Below are positions 40,004 through 53,589 of a stretch of 64,000 nt of DNA, one piece after another (within the stretch, counting starts at the first letter, position 1; each line of letters begins with the position of its first letter). The position numbers and the translations under genes are program-made. Under the pieces are notes generated by a model. The model saw only the letters and a list, made by a program, of their open reading frames with translations. It did no database searches and was not told the origin of the DNA. Source of the DNA: Eledone cirrhosa (Eukaryota); contig OZ024745.1 in the NCBI GenBank assembly GCA_964016885.1, positions 48,484,001 to 48,548,000 on the forward strand, read 5' to 3'.

Positions 40004-40626
40004 AATTAAAAACCAAAATACACACAGTCAGTGTTGGACAATCATTTTACTATAAAAAAAAGTTATGAATGAATTTATGCTGTTACCAAATGACAATCTT
40101 ACATTCATATGTAAATATAAAGGATTAATACCCAAACATTTTGATATCTATCTACCTGACTACTTTTCTATTTGTCTAGCTGTCTATCTGTCTATCTGTC
40201 TATCTGAATCTATCTATCTGACACCTTTCTCTCCAGCCAACAACTGGTTCTTTTTTTCAAATACCACTTTGGAAGAAGAATCAGGATGGAGAGAGAGGTG
40301 CTGTACCCCAGCAAGTTTTATGAAAGGTGGGTGAAAGTGGCGAGAATGGCCCGAGTGAATGGGCCTTCTCTCTATATCAGCCTGTAGGTTGAGGAAAAGG
40401 AGGAAGAGAGGAAAGGAGTACAAACTCTTCGTACTCCTGGAGATGAGGGTTTCACATTTTTTCGGGGGTATGTGTTACCCATATAAACTGTCTCTCCCTA
40501 TTGGGGAAAATCGACTAACTTTTTAAATTGCATTTGTGATAACATTTTACACGTTTTTATTGTATGTAAACTTCCCCCTTTGTATTTGTCCCCTTCTTTT
40601 GTGCCCCTGTGGCTAATAAAGAAACA

Positions 40627-40665
<39 letters not shown>

Positions 40666-40815
40666 GCATGTATGTATATTTTGGAGTTGTACTTGTTTGG
40701 CAAATGACTTGATCTAAGACTTCACCTTGGAAGGGTCATTTTACCCATTTAAGAAGATACAGAAACTATTGCATTCACATTTCATTTATTTCTCAATAAC
40801 AGAACCATGAAAACA

Positions 40816-42249
40816 CCTTCATACAAATCTATTACACCTCATTCAATATGACCTGACCTTCATACAAATCTATTACACCTCATTCAGTATGACCTGACCT
40901 TCATACAAATCTATTACACCTCATTCAATATGACCTGACCTTCATACAAATCTATTACACCTCATTCAGTATGACCTGACCTTCATACAAATCTATTACA
41001 CCTCATTCAATATGACCTGACCTTCATACAAATCTATTACACCCCATTCAATATGACCTGACCTTCATACAAATCTATTACACCTCATTCAATATGACCT
41101 GACCTTCATACAAATCTATTACACCTCATTCAATATGACCTGACCTTCATACAAATCTATTACACCTCATTCAGTATGACCTGACCTTCATACAAATCTA
41201 TTACACCTCATTCAATATGACCTGACCTTCATACAAATCTATTACACCTCATTCAGTATGACCTGACCTTCATACAAATCTATTACACCCCATTCAATAT
41301 GACCTGACCTTCATACAAATCTATTACACCTCATTCAATATGACCTGACCTTCATACAAATCTATTACACCTCATTCAGTATGACCTGACCTTCATACAA
41401 ATCTATTACACCTCATTCAGTATGACCTGACCTTCATACAAATCTATTACACCTCATTCAGTATGACCTGACCTTCATACAAATCTATTACACCTCATTC
41501 AATATGACCTGACCTTCATACAAATCTATTACACCTCATTCAGTATGACCTGACCTTCATACAAATCTATTACACCTCATTCAATATGACCTGACCTTCA
41601 TACAAATCTATTACACCTCATTCAGTATGACCTGACCTTCATACAAATCTATTACACCTCATTCAATATGACCTGACCTTCATACAAATCTATTACACCT
41701 CATTCAATATTACCTGACCTTCATACAAATCTATTACACCTCATTCAATATGACCTGACCTTCATACAAATCTATTACACCTCATTCAATATGACCTGAC
41801 CTTCATACAAATCTATTACACCTCATTCAATATGACCTGACCTTCATACAAATCTATTACACCTCATTCAATATGACCTGACCTTCATACAAATCTATTA
41901 CACCTCATTCAATATGACCTGACCTTCATACAAATCTATTACACCTCATTCAATATGACCTGACCTTCATACAAATCTATTACACCTCATTCAGTATGAC
42001 CTGACCTTCATACAAATCTATTACACCTCATTCAATATGACCTGACCTTCATACAAATCTATTACACCTCATTCAGTATGACCTGACCTTCATACAAATC
42101 TATTACACCTCATTCAATATTACCTGACCTTCATACAAATCTATTACACCTCATTCAATATTACCTGACCTTCATACAAATCTATTACACCTCATTCAAT
42201 ATGACCTGACCTTCATACAAATCTATTACACCTCATTCAATATGACCTG
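40816..42249. repeat. 41-bp tandem satellite, ~35 copies
   Basis: Unit CCTTCATACAAATCTATTACACCTCATTCA(A/G)TATGACCTGA is almost invariant. Confidence 0.98.
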
Positions 42250-42366
42250 GTCGTGTGAATCTTGTTTGCCACCATGGAAAAGTTGACATAAAAATGATGA
42301 TGATCATACATGAGCCTATATAGCAAAATATCACATTCTGTGACAAATACTACATAGCCTATAATT

Positions 42367-42457
42367 TCTTCTTCTTCTTCTTCTTCTTCTTCTTCTTCTT
42401 CTTCTTCTTCTTCTTCTTCTTCTTCTTCTTCTTCTTCTTCTTCTTCTTCTTCTTCTT
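42367..42457. repeat. (CTT)n microsatellite
   Basis: Pure trinucleotide run. Confidence 0.98.
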
Positions 42458-42814
42458 TTCCCTGAGAAGGTCATGGGAGCAGAGTCTTCTGACATGCTTT
42501 CCCTATCATTTTGTACTTTCAATTTGATTGGCCATGTAAGATATTGTTAATGCTATCAAAATAAAAAGTATGTTTATGAAAGAACATAACTGTACTGAAG
42601 TAGAAATTAAAAAAAAATATGAGAACAACATTAAAAAAAATCCTACTACAGACAACCAAGTATTTTTCTAGACAGAAAAACAACATAAGCTACTGCACAT
42701 GTGCACATGTGGTACCCATGTGCATATTTGCAGGTATGTATTTGGGTACATTGACAAGTCTTAAGTACATACACACAGCTTTTTTTTCCACAATTAAATA
42801 AATACACACACACA

Positions 42815-42848
<34 letters not shown>

Positions 42849-43894
42849 TATCTATTTCACTCTCTGTCTTTCTCTCTCCCCCACTATATATAAGGCTTCT
42901 CACTACGAAGGAAAGGCTGATTGTATGACGCCTGTGTGCAATGTGTGATGCTGTATGATGCTGTATGCTAATGAGACATGTACAGTGAATGCAGAAAATA
43001 TGCAACGGCCAGAGAGGAATGAAGTTAGCATGCTTCTATAAATGTGTAATGTTAATGTGTGTGAACAATAAAGCATGAATTGAGAGAAAAACTAGGTATA
43101 AGAGGGATCAGAAGTAGTGTACAAGAGAGATGACTATGCTGGTATGGACCTGTGATGTGCATGGATGATGCCTTTCATCTTTATGGGGTCAATAAAATAA
43201 AGCACCAGTAATGCACTGGGGTCAATTTAATCCTCCCCCTTCAAATTGCTGGCCTTGTTCTTAAAGTAGAAGTTATTATTATTATTATTGGTGGATTGAC
43301 TCATCATCATTTGACGGCTGTTCTTCATGCTAGCCTAGCAAGTGTTCGATGGGTCATCACAAACTAAGTCAGTACTTAATCAGAGCTACTGACCTCTCAG
43401 ATGGGCTGGGGCCACATCTCACCTACATATGTTCTTGTACTTTCTCTCTTCACAGAGTGCAGCAACTGCATTTTATCATGGCACCAGTATTAGGGAGGTT
43501 GTCATATTTTTGACACAACTAAAGAGTAATTTTGAGCATTTTTTTCTAGCAGGATGTTAAGGGTTCATTTTTATAGCACCAGCACTAAAGAATTTGTTGT
43601 GCCCTTGACACAACTGAAAATTCTTCTCAACTCTTTGTTTAGCATGATTTCTACAGCTGGAAGCCTTTCCTAATACCAATCATGTTACAGAGTGTACTGG
43701 GTGTGTTTTATTGTGGCATCACAGTCAGGGAGATTGCTGGTCCTTAACTCAACTGAAGAACTTTTTCTCACCTATGGGGAGGGATTAGAAAATATGTCAT
43801 AGGTGTATCATAGATGTGGTGAAATTTAACAAAGTGATGAGAGGGTTTGGGGGTTTATCTCAGGTAGAGAATTGGGGTACAGTGAGGATACAGT

Positions 43895-44620
43895 TAGCAT
43901 TACAGGCCTTAGCCAATACAATCTTCTCTCTTGCACACTACATCAGATTCCTCTTATGCCTAGCTTACCTCCTAGTTCATTTATGCTGTGATATTCATGA
44001 ACACTAATGTTACACATTCTCTAGGACATACAAGCCTCATTTAATTCTAGCCTTTGCAAATCTCTTATAGTCAAGACCCAATGTAACATTGTAGTTTGCA
44101 TGTTGGTATTATAAAATCTACCCTTCACTCTGAAAGAGAAGCACTTTGTTGTTAACAGTGATACTAGCTATCTGAACTTTTTCCTGCCTGTCCTTACTCT
44201 GGATACAACACTTTCAGAGCAATCTCTCCCACTGCTGATTAGGTCACCTGGATAAGAAAAGTTGTCCTCAAATTCTAGTGAGTCACCATGGAAATCAAGG
44301 AAATCTATTTCATGAGTGTTCTTAGTGCTTATTTCTCATTTTCATCTGCTGCATTAAAAGTCTATCTTCTCTGTTAATTTGCCTGTAAACCCACTGCAGC
44401 TCTTGTGCATCTATAGATTTCCTAACCCTTTTCGAAATATAGAACAAGGCCATTTCTCAGATTGTATCAATGTCCTGTTTTTTCCTACTTATATTAAGAT
44501 TTCAGTCTTTACTCAATTTAATGTTAGTCCTTTGGAATCTAAATTTTTCTTCTATATCTAGAATTTTATCTTTAACTCGCCCATGGATTTAGTTATAAGG
44601 ACTAGATCTTCAGCACACAT
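43895..44620 (-). mobile_element. Old, heavily decayed RTE fragment
   Basis: The minus strand gives remnants CAEDLVLITKSMGEL, DSKGLTLN, KWPCSI, GLQVN, YPGDLISSG..CSESVVSRVRTGRKKFR, homologous to ORF 44752-45675. Confidence 0.75.
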
Positions 44621-44728
44621 GGTGCCAATGGAAACTTCTTTTTCTGTCTTTTGAGAGTTTCAGCCTATTTTGTAGGCTATTTTATAGCAGCTCTGAACAT
44701 GAGCACACCATCCTTTGCACACACACAT

Positions 44729-46068
44729 ATCTAACGCTCATAGCTGAATCAATGGCTGAACTAGAGAAGATATTCCAAACATGGAAGCATGGCCTAGAAT
44801 CAAAAGACCTTAAAGTTAACTTGTCTAAGACTAAAGTCCTAATATGTAGGAAGGAGAATAGGGCACTGGTCCCATCTGGGAAATGGCCATGCTCAGTGTG
44901 TAGGAAAGGAGTAGGCAGAAACTCCATTTTATGTCCCAAATGCAAAGTATGGGTGCATAAAAGATGTAGTGGGATCACAGGTAAGCTAACTAAGAATATA
45001 GATTTTATATGTGGCCAGTGCTCTGGTGCAATAAGTAGCAGTAAATGCCCACAGAATACTAGTTCATTCCATTGCCCAGATGGTTCTATAGAAATAGTGG
45101 ACACCTTCCGTTACCTGGGTGATAAAATCAGCAGTGGTGGAGGGTGCTCCAAAAGTACTGTAGCTAGAGTCCGAATGGGATGGAAAGAGTTCAGAGAGCT
45201 TATACCACTATTGGCTGCTAAAGGTTTCTCTCTAAAAATAAAAGGCAGGCTGTATGATGCCTGCATACGAATAGCGATGTTACATGGCAGTGAGACATGG
45301 GCCTTGTGTGCAGAGGATCTACGCAGACTGGAGAGGAATGAAGCTTGCATGCTCCATTGGATGTGTAATAGTAATATATGTGAACGGCAAAGCATAAATG
45401 AACTAAGTGAGAAATTAGGAATAAGAGGGATCAGATGCTGTTTACTCGAGAGAAGACTACGTTGGTATGATCACGTGATGCGCATGAAAGATGACAGCTG
45501 TATAAAAAAGTGCAGGGCGATCAAAATAGACGGTAGCTACGGAGTAGGCAGACCCAGAAAAACCTGGGACGACTTGATAAAATCTGACCTCACACACTTA
45601 CACCTCTCCAAGACAATGTCACTGGACCGAGATCTTTGGCACTACGTAGTAATACAGAAGACCCGCCTTGCCTAAGTACAAAGCGAAACCTACAGTCAGT
45701 AGGCACCTCTTAACCAAAATACACCCCCGTCCCACTACTCCCACCCCATCCACACCACCCCTTTCGATGTAAAGCTATGTTGGTACCACAACATCCAGTC
45801 CTAAATAAATGAGGTCATGTAGGTGTCACGACAAAAAAACACACAGTCCACGCTGCAATGTGGTTGTGTAGGTAACACGGTAAAAACCTCCCAATCCACA
45901 CTGTAAACATGGTTGGTGTTAGGAAGGGCATCCAGCCGTAGAAAACCCGCCAGATAGTCCTGAGCAAGACAACCAATCTTGGCTCAAGTGGGACAATTCC
46001 CGTCCAGACCCATGCTAGCGTGGAAGATGGAGGTTAAACGATGATGATGATGATGATGATGATGATGA
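44729..46068 (+). mobile_element. 5'-truncated RTE-clade LINE (ORF2 C-terminal part, 3' UTR, (GAT)n tail)
   Basis: ORF 44752-45675 has LKVNLSKTKV, FRYLG, ARVRMGW..FREL, LHGSETW, RRLRWY.HVMR and GRPRKTW motifs typical of RTE. Confidence 0.95.
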
Positions 46069-46139
46069 TATATATACATATATATACATATGGTTTGGAA
46101 CTAGCTGCTGAAACAGCAAGAGCTCAGCCGTTGGGGTAC

Positions 46140-47613
46140 CAACTCTTTCAAAAAGGGTGACCGCACATAACCTGTGAACTATCGTCCAGTCAGTCTTACT
46201 AGTTGCATTGCCAAACTGATGGAATCCTGTGTCAGAGAAACACTTTGGAACTTCTGGAACTCTCACAGTCTTATCTGGCTCTCGCAATTTGGATTTATCC
46301 CAACTCCAGCTGCTGTGATCAACTTATCGAGTTTCTTGAAGATATCACCCGGATCACTGATGGCGGCTCATGGGTGGATGTTGTTTACCTTGACTTTGCG
46401 AAAGCTTTCAATTCTGTGCCACACAAAAGGCTTATGGCAAAACTCTCTGCAATGGGTGTGAAGGATGATCTTTCTAACTGGTTGAAGTCCTTCATTCTCA
46501 GTCGAAGAGAGGTAGTCACGGTTCTGGGACATTATTCCTCACCATATGAGATGTCATCTGGTGTACCATAGGGATCTGTTCTTGGCCCCCTTTTGTTTGT
46601 GGCATATATTAATGACATAGATGCCAACTTAAAGAATGCCACAGTTCTAAAGTATGCAGATGACACCAAGCTGTACCTTGAGATAAAAAGACAGATCCTG
46701 AACACTATAGATCTTGCTTGCAGTCTGACCTGGACACAATGCAACAATGGATCTCAGACTGGCAACTCAAGCTAGCTGTGGACAAGTGCACCATCATGCA
46801 TTTTGGGAGTAAAAACCCAGCGTCCACATACTCCCTCCACAGCACTAATATCAAGAAGTCTTCTTGTGAACGTGACCTGGGCATTATGGTCAGCAGCGAT
46901 TTGCGTTGGATGAAGCACGTCTCTAAAATTGTCATGAAGTCCGAGGGTCTCTTAGCATCACTCAGCAAGAACTATGTCAGCCGCTCTCCAGCTATCTATA
47001 TAAAGCTGTATATAGCTATGATGTGGCCACACTTAGAATTTGCATCACCAGTCTGGTACCCCTATCTTGCTCAGAACATTGACCGCCTGGAAACTGTTCA
47101 AAGATGTGCAACCAAGCGAATACCCTCCATCAGGCATCTACCATACTCTGAGTGCCTTGCTTCCCTGGGCATGGATACATTGAAGCTCTGATGCCTGGCA
47201 ACTGACTTGGTAAACACCCACAAAATTGTTAACCATTTTGCCAACAACAACCCTGAGTACCTTTTTGATTTCCATGTGTCTAACACACGTGGGCATGCCC
47301 ACAAAGTTAGAAAATAGTACAGTTCCCATGACTTTCGGAAACATTTTTTCATGCTCAGAGTTGCTGAAGCATGGAACAAACTACCTGCATCGGTTGTTAG
47401 CTGTCGAGACACTGCATCCTTTAAGGCCTCCATGCTTCACGAGATTCGCCAACACTACACCTAATGTTCCCCCTCCATACACACATGTATATCATGACTC
47501 ATACACTATTCACTTCCCTGACATTTGTGTATTATTCTATGTACTATACATGCACCTTTGACGAGTTGTAGTGCACCTGAGCACTTTACACAATAATTTC
47601 ATTATTATTATTA
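46140..47613 (+). mobile_element. Frameshifted CR1-clade LINE copy
   Basis: NYRPVSLTS, YLDFAKAFNSVPH, SGVP*GSVLGP and KYADD are spread over several frames. It is homologous to 52265-53750 and has an ATT tail. Confidence 0.95.
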
Positions 47614-47674
47614 CATATCATTATCATCACCATTTTACATCCATTTTCCACACCAGCATATATATATATATGTC

Positions 47675-48022
47675 AATGTGTGTGAACGACGAAGCATAGA
47701 TGAGTTGAGAGAGAAACTGTGTATAAGAGGGATAAGTTGTAGTGTGCGGGAGAGAAGACTGCAATGGTATGGACATTTGATGTGCATGGAGGATGACCGC
47801 TGGGTAAAGAAGTGTCAGGAAATCCCAGTAGAAGGAAGACGCAGTCAAGGAAGACCACGAAAAACATGGGTGGAGATGGTGAGAGCAGACCTCAGATCGC
47901 TGAAGCTCACGGAGGAGATGACAAAGGGCCATGACAAGTGGAGAGTTGCTGTGTTAAATAGGACCCGTCCCACCCTTTCAAGCAGGGAAAAGCGGACGTA
48001 AAAGGATGATGATGATGATGAT
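47675..48022 (+). mobile_element. 3' end of a second RTE subfamily
   Basis: ORF RERRLQWYGHLMCME...GRPRKTW, then a very short UTR CCCACCCTTTCAAGCAGGGAAAAGCGGACGTAAAA and a (GAT)n tail. Confidence 0.9.
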
Positions 48023-48595
48023 GAGATATATATATATATATTCATTTTATTAAAACTATATAGTGAGTCTATTAGCCTTAATAAAATGAATATTAAAACT
48101 CTACTCCGATATTGAGTACTCTTTTCTTGCTCAGCCATCAACTACACATGGATATGTGTGTGTGTAGATTTGTGAAATTTTAAGTCTCTGTGGAAACAAA
48201 TGATACAAAATGAATAAGTGTAAGGAAATAAATAAGTTTCTTTTGTTTTCTATTTGATAACTAGTATATGGATTTTCTTCTATATACTAGAATCTTACTA
48301 AAATGATAATTTTTAACTATCCCTATCATATCATCATCATCATCATCATCATCATCATTTAACGTCCATTTTTCCATGCTTGCATGGGTTAGACGGGTTG
48401 TCTATGTTGAGAGACAAGTCTGGCCAAGATGGGCCATGCTGTACCTTGCTTTGACTGGACTATAAATTTGGCCGTGGTTTTTACAGCTGGATGCCCTTCC
48501 TAACACCTACCACATGCAAGTGTATGTATATATATATTCACAGTGTATGTATATATATATATACATTCACAGTGTATGTATATATACATATATAA

Positions 48596-48626
<31 letters not shown>

Positions 48627-49151
48627 TCCATATGTAGAAACAAAGCCTACAAGCCTGCATCCATATATAGAAACAAAAACATATATTTACATGCAGACAA
48701 GCAGGGAATTGTGTATTTATTCTAAAATCTGGGATGCACATCAACAAATGTATGCATGTATATGTGTCAGTACTCATCTGTGTATGTATACTTCTCTAGC
48801 ATGGTATATGGACGTTAACTGATGATTACGATGATGTGTATATATATATGTATATATATATTTATATGTATGTATGTATATAAGTGTATGCATATGTATA
48901 TATGTAATTTTTATGTATGATTTCTTGGTGATTTATTTATGTTTTACTTCAAAGAATTTAAGCCAGTCTCCACCAAAGTGACAAAACATGTTTCAATTTA
49001 GACCTTTCCAGGGATTTGTAAATATGTGAGTTAGTGTGTGTATATATGTAGGTGTGTGTATTTTGCACTCATGTTTTCAGCAGACTTGTCTCTTGTGTAC
49101 ACATGTGCGTATGTATGTGTATTCCATATATATGCATGAATGTATACATGT

Positions 49152-49525
49152 TCATCATCATCATCATCATCATCATTTTACGTCCGCTTTTCCCTGCTTG
49201 TAAGGGTGAGACGGGAACTGATTCTGCCTTGATTTCTACAGCTGGATGCCCTTCCTAACACCAACCTCATTTACAGCGAGTGCTGGGTGCTTTTTTCCCG
49301 TGGCGCCTACACGTCCACTTTACAGTGAGTGCTGGGTGCTTTTTTGCCGTGGCACCTCCACGACCACTTTGCAGTGGAATGATAGGGACCCCAGTCCTAT
49401 CATCTCATTTCTACAGCTGAGTAAACTGGAGCAATGTGAAACAACACACCACCCGGTCCGAGAATTGAACTCACAACCTTTCGATTGCAAGCCCAATGAT
49501 CTAACTACTAAGCCATGTGCCTCCA
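49152..49525 (-). mobile_element. Family-2 tRNA-derived SINE with RTE-type tail
   Basis: Minus-strand head GGAGGCACATGGCTTAGTAGTTAG...GAGTTCAATTC (A/B boxes); the tail matches 47965-48022. Confidence 0.88.
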
Positions 49526-49774
49526 TATATATATATACACACACACATATATACATACATACACACACTTATACATATATATGTAATGTATGCATGTGGC
49601 TATGTATGAATATTTCCATCTAAATATATGTGCGTATATTTGTAGCTGCTATCCCTTGAGGGAAAGAAGAATGTAGAGAAAGTACATTTTGGTTTCAATA
49701 TAGGTATGCACATACACACTGATATGCATACATACATTTATACATGCAAACTTATATATATATATATATATATA

Positions 49775-50205
49775 CACCGCCCCTTTCAATGTAAAGTTAT
49801 GTTGGTGCCACAACATCCAGGCTGAAACAAATGAGATCGTGTAGGTGTCACGACAAAAAAAACACACAGTCCATGCTGTAAATGTGGCCGTGTAGGCAAC
49901 ACGGTAAAAACCTCCCAGCCCCACACTGTAAATGTGGTTGGTGTTAGGAAGGGCATCCAGCTGTAGAAAACCCGCCAGACAGTCCACGCTGTAATGTGGC
50001 CGTGTAGGCAACACGGTAAAAACCTCCCAGCCCCACACTGTAAATGTGGTTGGTGTTAGGAAGGGCATCCAGCTGTAGAAAACCCGCCAGACGGTCCTAT
50101 GCGAGCAATGACAACCACTCTTGCCTCAAGTGGGAAAACCCCCGTCCAAACCCATGCAAGCGTGGAACACGGACGCTAAACCTTGATGATGATGATGATG
50201 ATGAT
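49775..50205 (+). mobile_element. RTE 3' UTR-only insertion
   Basis: Matches the reverse complement of 57056-57372 and 45755-46068. Confidence 0.88.
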
Positions 50206-51762
50206 ATACACACACATGCACACATACTTGTGTACATACATATACAGTTAAAAATTCACGTACATATGTATAAGGAGTGAGACATGGTCACCTAACCTGG
50301 CATTGCTCACACCGTGATAACTCACCTAACCCATGCCAGTAGGGAAAAAAATGGACGTTAAAAAATGGATGATCAACATCATATTTACATATAGTCAAAC
50401 ACGGATGAAGTGTACCTGTTCTAAAAACTGGTATATAGGCAGGAATATATGTCATAGAATACACATCCTATAATCTATAGAAAATGCACATTGCATTTTC
50501 TACTATGATAGCACATATGGAGCTCTTCAAGAATCTAAATGTAACACATGGATGTGAGATTCCAACAGCTGTACTTCCTGCCACTGTCATTGATCCCATG
50601 CCTCTCACACTTGCTGATCTTAGGGAAAGACATATTTCTCTAGAACTTGTGTGGAAGTGTGTCCCAGATTTACATTCAACTTTTTCAGAGCCATAGGCCA
50701 GGATGCCTGGGATTTTCCATATATAGTTTATTTTGAAATTCTTGTTTCTAACTCTTACTTTGTTGATATCATCTATGACCACACCAAACTACAAATTATG
50801 GAATCCTATCAAAGACCTTCTCTAGGTTAATGAATGCTAGGTAAAGTGGCTTGATCTTAATTAAAAAAATATTCTGCTGTTGTCTCCCTAAGAACATTGG
50901 TGGTACCACATCATTTCATAAATTCAAACTGCATCTCAGCTAAGATAATTCTTTTCCAAATTAGTTGTACTTTTGCTATTTATATAAACTGCTCCATTAG
51001 TTTGGTGTCTCTAGAGTTGTTTTACTCTAGATTAATTTCTTTCTTCTTGTAGCTATGAACCATGATATTACAATACCAATCATTAGAGATGACAGCTTCT
51101 TTTACTACTTAGATGACAACAAGTCAACAGAACCTCCTATATAGGTTTATTTGACTTGCTAGAAATAGCTGCTAAACTTTTCTCAAATTGTCATCTTAAA
51201 AATGGAAGATGCTATCAAATGTGCATTATACCCCAAAACAAATAATAGGATGGTCACATCTGGAATGCTTTTCTTAATTGAGGCTGGCCTAAGGCTAAAG
51301 ATCAACACCAAGTAAGCATGGAAAAATAGACATTAAAAGGTAATGATGACTGGATAATTAGCTGGTGACTGGTAAAATTCAGATACCAGTTAACCAAGAT
51401 ACATTAAATAAAGACAAAAAATCACTGCATCAGTAAATATTTGTTGATTTATATACCTATAAATCTACAATCCAAATGACAAGAGCTCAGCTGTCAGGCT
51501 CTGACTCTCTATTATATTATATCTGCTTTCCTTGCTAGAAGGGTGATATATATATATATGTATATATGTATGTATATTAAGAAGTGCACTAGCAGCTGAA
51601 GCATATGATAAAGTTATATCTGTATAAATACAGAATGTGTATATAAATATACACATTTTTAATATATAAACATGTAAACGTGCCAGAAAAAACGAATTTC
51701 CCTATAATTGAACAGGAAAGAACGTCGGAACGCTGAACGGGAATATAAACTGCATAAATCAG

Positions 51763-53589
51763 ATGCCAACAGAAAAAAGAGGAAATAAATCTTCTAACCA
51801 TCTCAAGCAAGTGACAAAGAAGGCAGTGCTTGAATTTGAACAGTGCATTGCAACCAATCCTGACAGTAAGGTGTTCTGGAAATATGTTCATTCAAAGCAG
51901 AGACCTCACTCTCCAGTTGGTCCTCTTCGCAATCCCCACACAAGCCAGATCACTGACGATCCCAAGGAATGCGCAGAACTCATTGCTGAGTGCTATGCAA
52001 GTATTTTTACTGTTGAAAACCAGAATGTACCATCTCCACCATCTCTAACATCAAATTCCATAACAACTATGGAATTTACACCTGCAATGTTGCGACGTCA
52101 CCTTAAGAATAAGCGCAACTATGCCTCCCCTGGTCTTGATGGTGTGACATACCTGCTTCTCAAACGTGGCGGGTATTTCCTTTTGCGCCAGCTTTCTTTC
52201 TTCTTTCAATACTGTCTCAACAATGGTGCTACTCCGGAGCAGTGGAAAACTGCCAGTGTCATTCCCCTGTTCAAAAAGGGCAACCGCATGTCACCTGTCA
52301 ACTATCGTCCAGTCAGTCTTACTAGCTGTATGGCCAAACTGATGGAATCCTGTGTCAGAGAAACACTTTGGAACTTCTGGAGCTCTCACAGCCTCATCCG
52401 GCCCTCACAGTTTGGATTTATCCCTAATTCCAGCTGCTGTGATCAGCTTATCGAGTTCCTTGAGGACATCACCCGGATCACTGACAGCGGCTCATGGGTG
52501 GATGTTGTTTACCTTGACTTTGCTAAGGCTTTTAATTCTGTGCCACACAAAAGACTTATGGCAAAACTCTCTGCAATGGGTGTGAGGGATGATCTTTTCG
52601 ACTGGTTGAAATCCTTCATTCTCAGCCGAAAAGAAGTAGTCACGGTTCTAGGACAGCATTCTTCACCATATGAGATGTCATCTGGTGTACCACAGGGATC
52701 TGTTCTTGGTCCTCTTTTGTTTGTGGCATATATTAATGACATAGGTGCCAACTTACAGAATGCCACGGTACTGAAATATGCAGATGACATCAAGCTGTAC
52801 CTTGAAATCAAAAGGACTGATCCTGAAATTTACAACTCTTTCCTACAATCAGGCCTGGACACAATGCAGCAATGGATCACAGACTGGCAACTGAAGCTGG
52901 CTGTGGACAAGTGTACCACCATGCATTTTGGAAGGAAAAATCCAGCGTCCACATACTCCCTCCACAACACTGATATCAAAAAGTCCTCTTGTGAACGTGA
53001 CCTGGGCATTACTGTCAGCAACGATTTGCGTTGGACAAAGCATGTCTCTAAGATTGTCAAGAAGGCCGAGGGTGTCTTGGCATCACTCAGCAAGACCTTT
53101 GTTAGCTGCTCTCCAGCCATCTATTTAAAACTGTATACAGCTATGGTACGACCACACTTGGAATTCGCATCATCAGTCTGGAACCCCTATCTTGCTCAGA
53201 ACATTGACCTCCTGGAAACTGTTCAGAGACGTGCAACCAAGCGCATACCCTCCATCAGACACCTACCATACTCTGAACGCCTTGCTTCCCTGGGCATGGA
53301 TTCATTGAAGCTCCGACATCTGGCAATGGACTTGGTGAATACCCACAAAGTTTTTAACCATCTCGCCAATTGCAACCCTGAGCGCCTCTTTGATCTCCAT
53401 GTGTCTAACACACATGGACATGCCTACAAGATCAGAAAACAGCACAGCTCCCATGACTTTCGTAGACATTTTTTCACGCTCAGAGTTGCTGAAGCATGGA
53501 ACAAACTGCCTCCGTCAGTTGTTAGCTGCCGAGACACTGCATCCTTTAAGACACTCATGCTTCCTGAAATACGCCAAAACTACACCTGA
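51763..53589 (+). CDS. CR1-clade LINE ORF2, 5'-truncated: uninterrupted reverse transcriptase and C-terminal domain, no endonuclease
   Basis: 608 aa with SPGLDG, WK.A.VIPLFKKG, NYRPVSLTS, QFGF, YLDFAKAF..VPH, SGVPQGSVLGPLLF, YADD, E.DLG and VRPHLE. The first ~10 aa probably derive from flanking DNA. Confidence 0.95.
   Translation: MPTEKRGNKSSNHLKQVTKKAVLEFEQCIATNPDSKVFWKYVHSKQRPHSPVGPLRNPHTSQITDDPKECAELIAECYASIFTVENQNVPSPPSLTSNSITTMEFTPAMLRRHLKNKRNYASPGLDGVTYLLLKRGGYFLLRQLSFFFQYCLNNGATPEQWKTASVIPLFKKGNRMSPVNYRPVSLTSCMAKLMESCVRETLWNFWSSHSLIRPSQFGFIPNSSCCDQLIEFLEDITRITDSGSWVDVVYLDFAKAFNSVPHKRLMAKLSAMGVRDDLFDWLKSFILSRKEVVTVLGQHSSPYEMSSGVPQGSVLGPLLFVAYINDIGANLQNATVLKYADDIKLYLEIKRTDPEIYNSFLQSGLDTMQQWITDWQLKLAVDKCTTMHFGRKNPASTYSLHNTDIKKSSCERDLGITVSNDLRWTKHVSKIVKKAEGVLASLSKTFVSCSPAIYLKLYTAMVRPHLEFASSVWNPYLAQNIDLLETVQRRATKRIPSIRHLPYSERLASLGMDSLKLRHLAMDLVNTHKVFNHLANCNPERLFDLHVSNTHGHAYKIRKQHSSHDFRRHFFTLRVAEAWNKLPPSVVSCRDTASFKTLMLPEIRQNYT

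Noticed and set aside
43895-45675. Divergent RTE pieces (44620 - / 44729 +) as a second twin-priming inversion
   Set aside because: Both cover the same part of ORF2 and differ greatly in age, so they are independent insertions.
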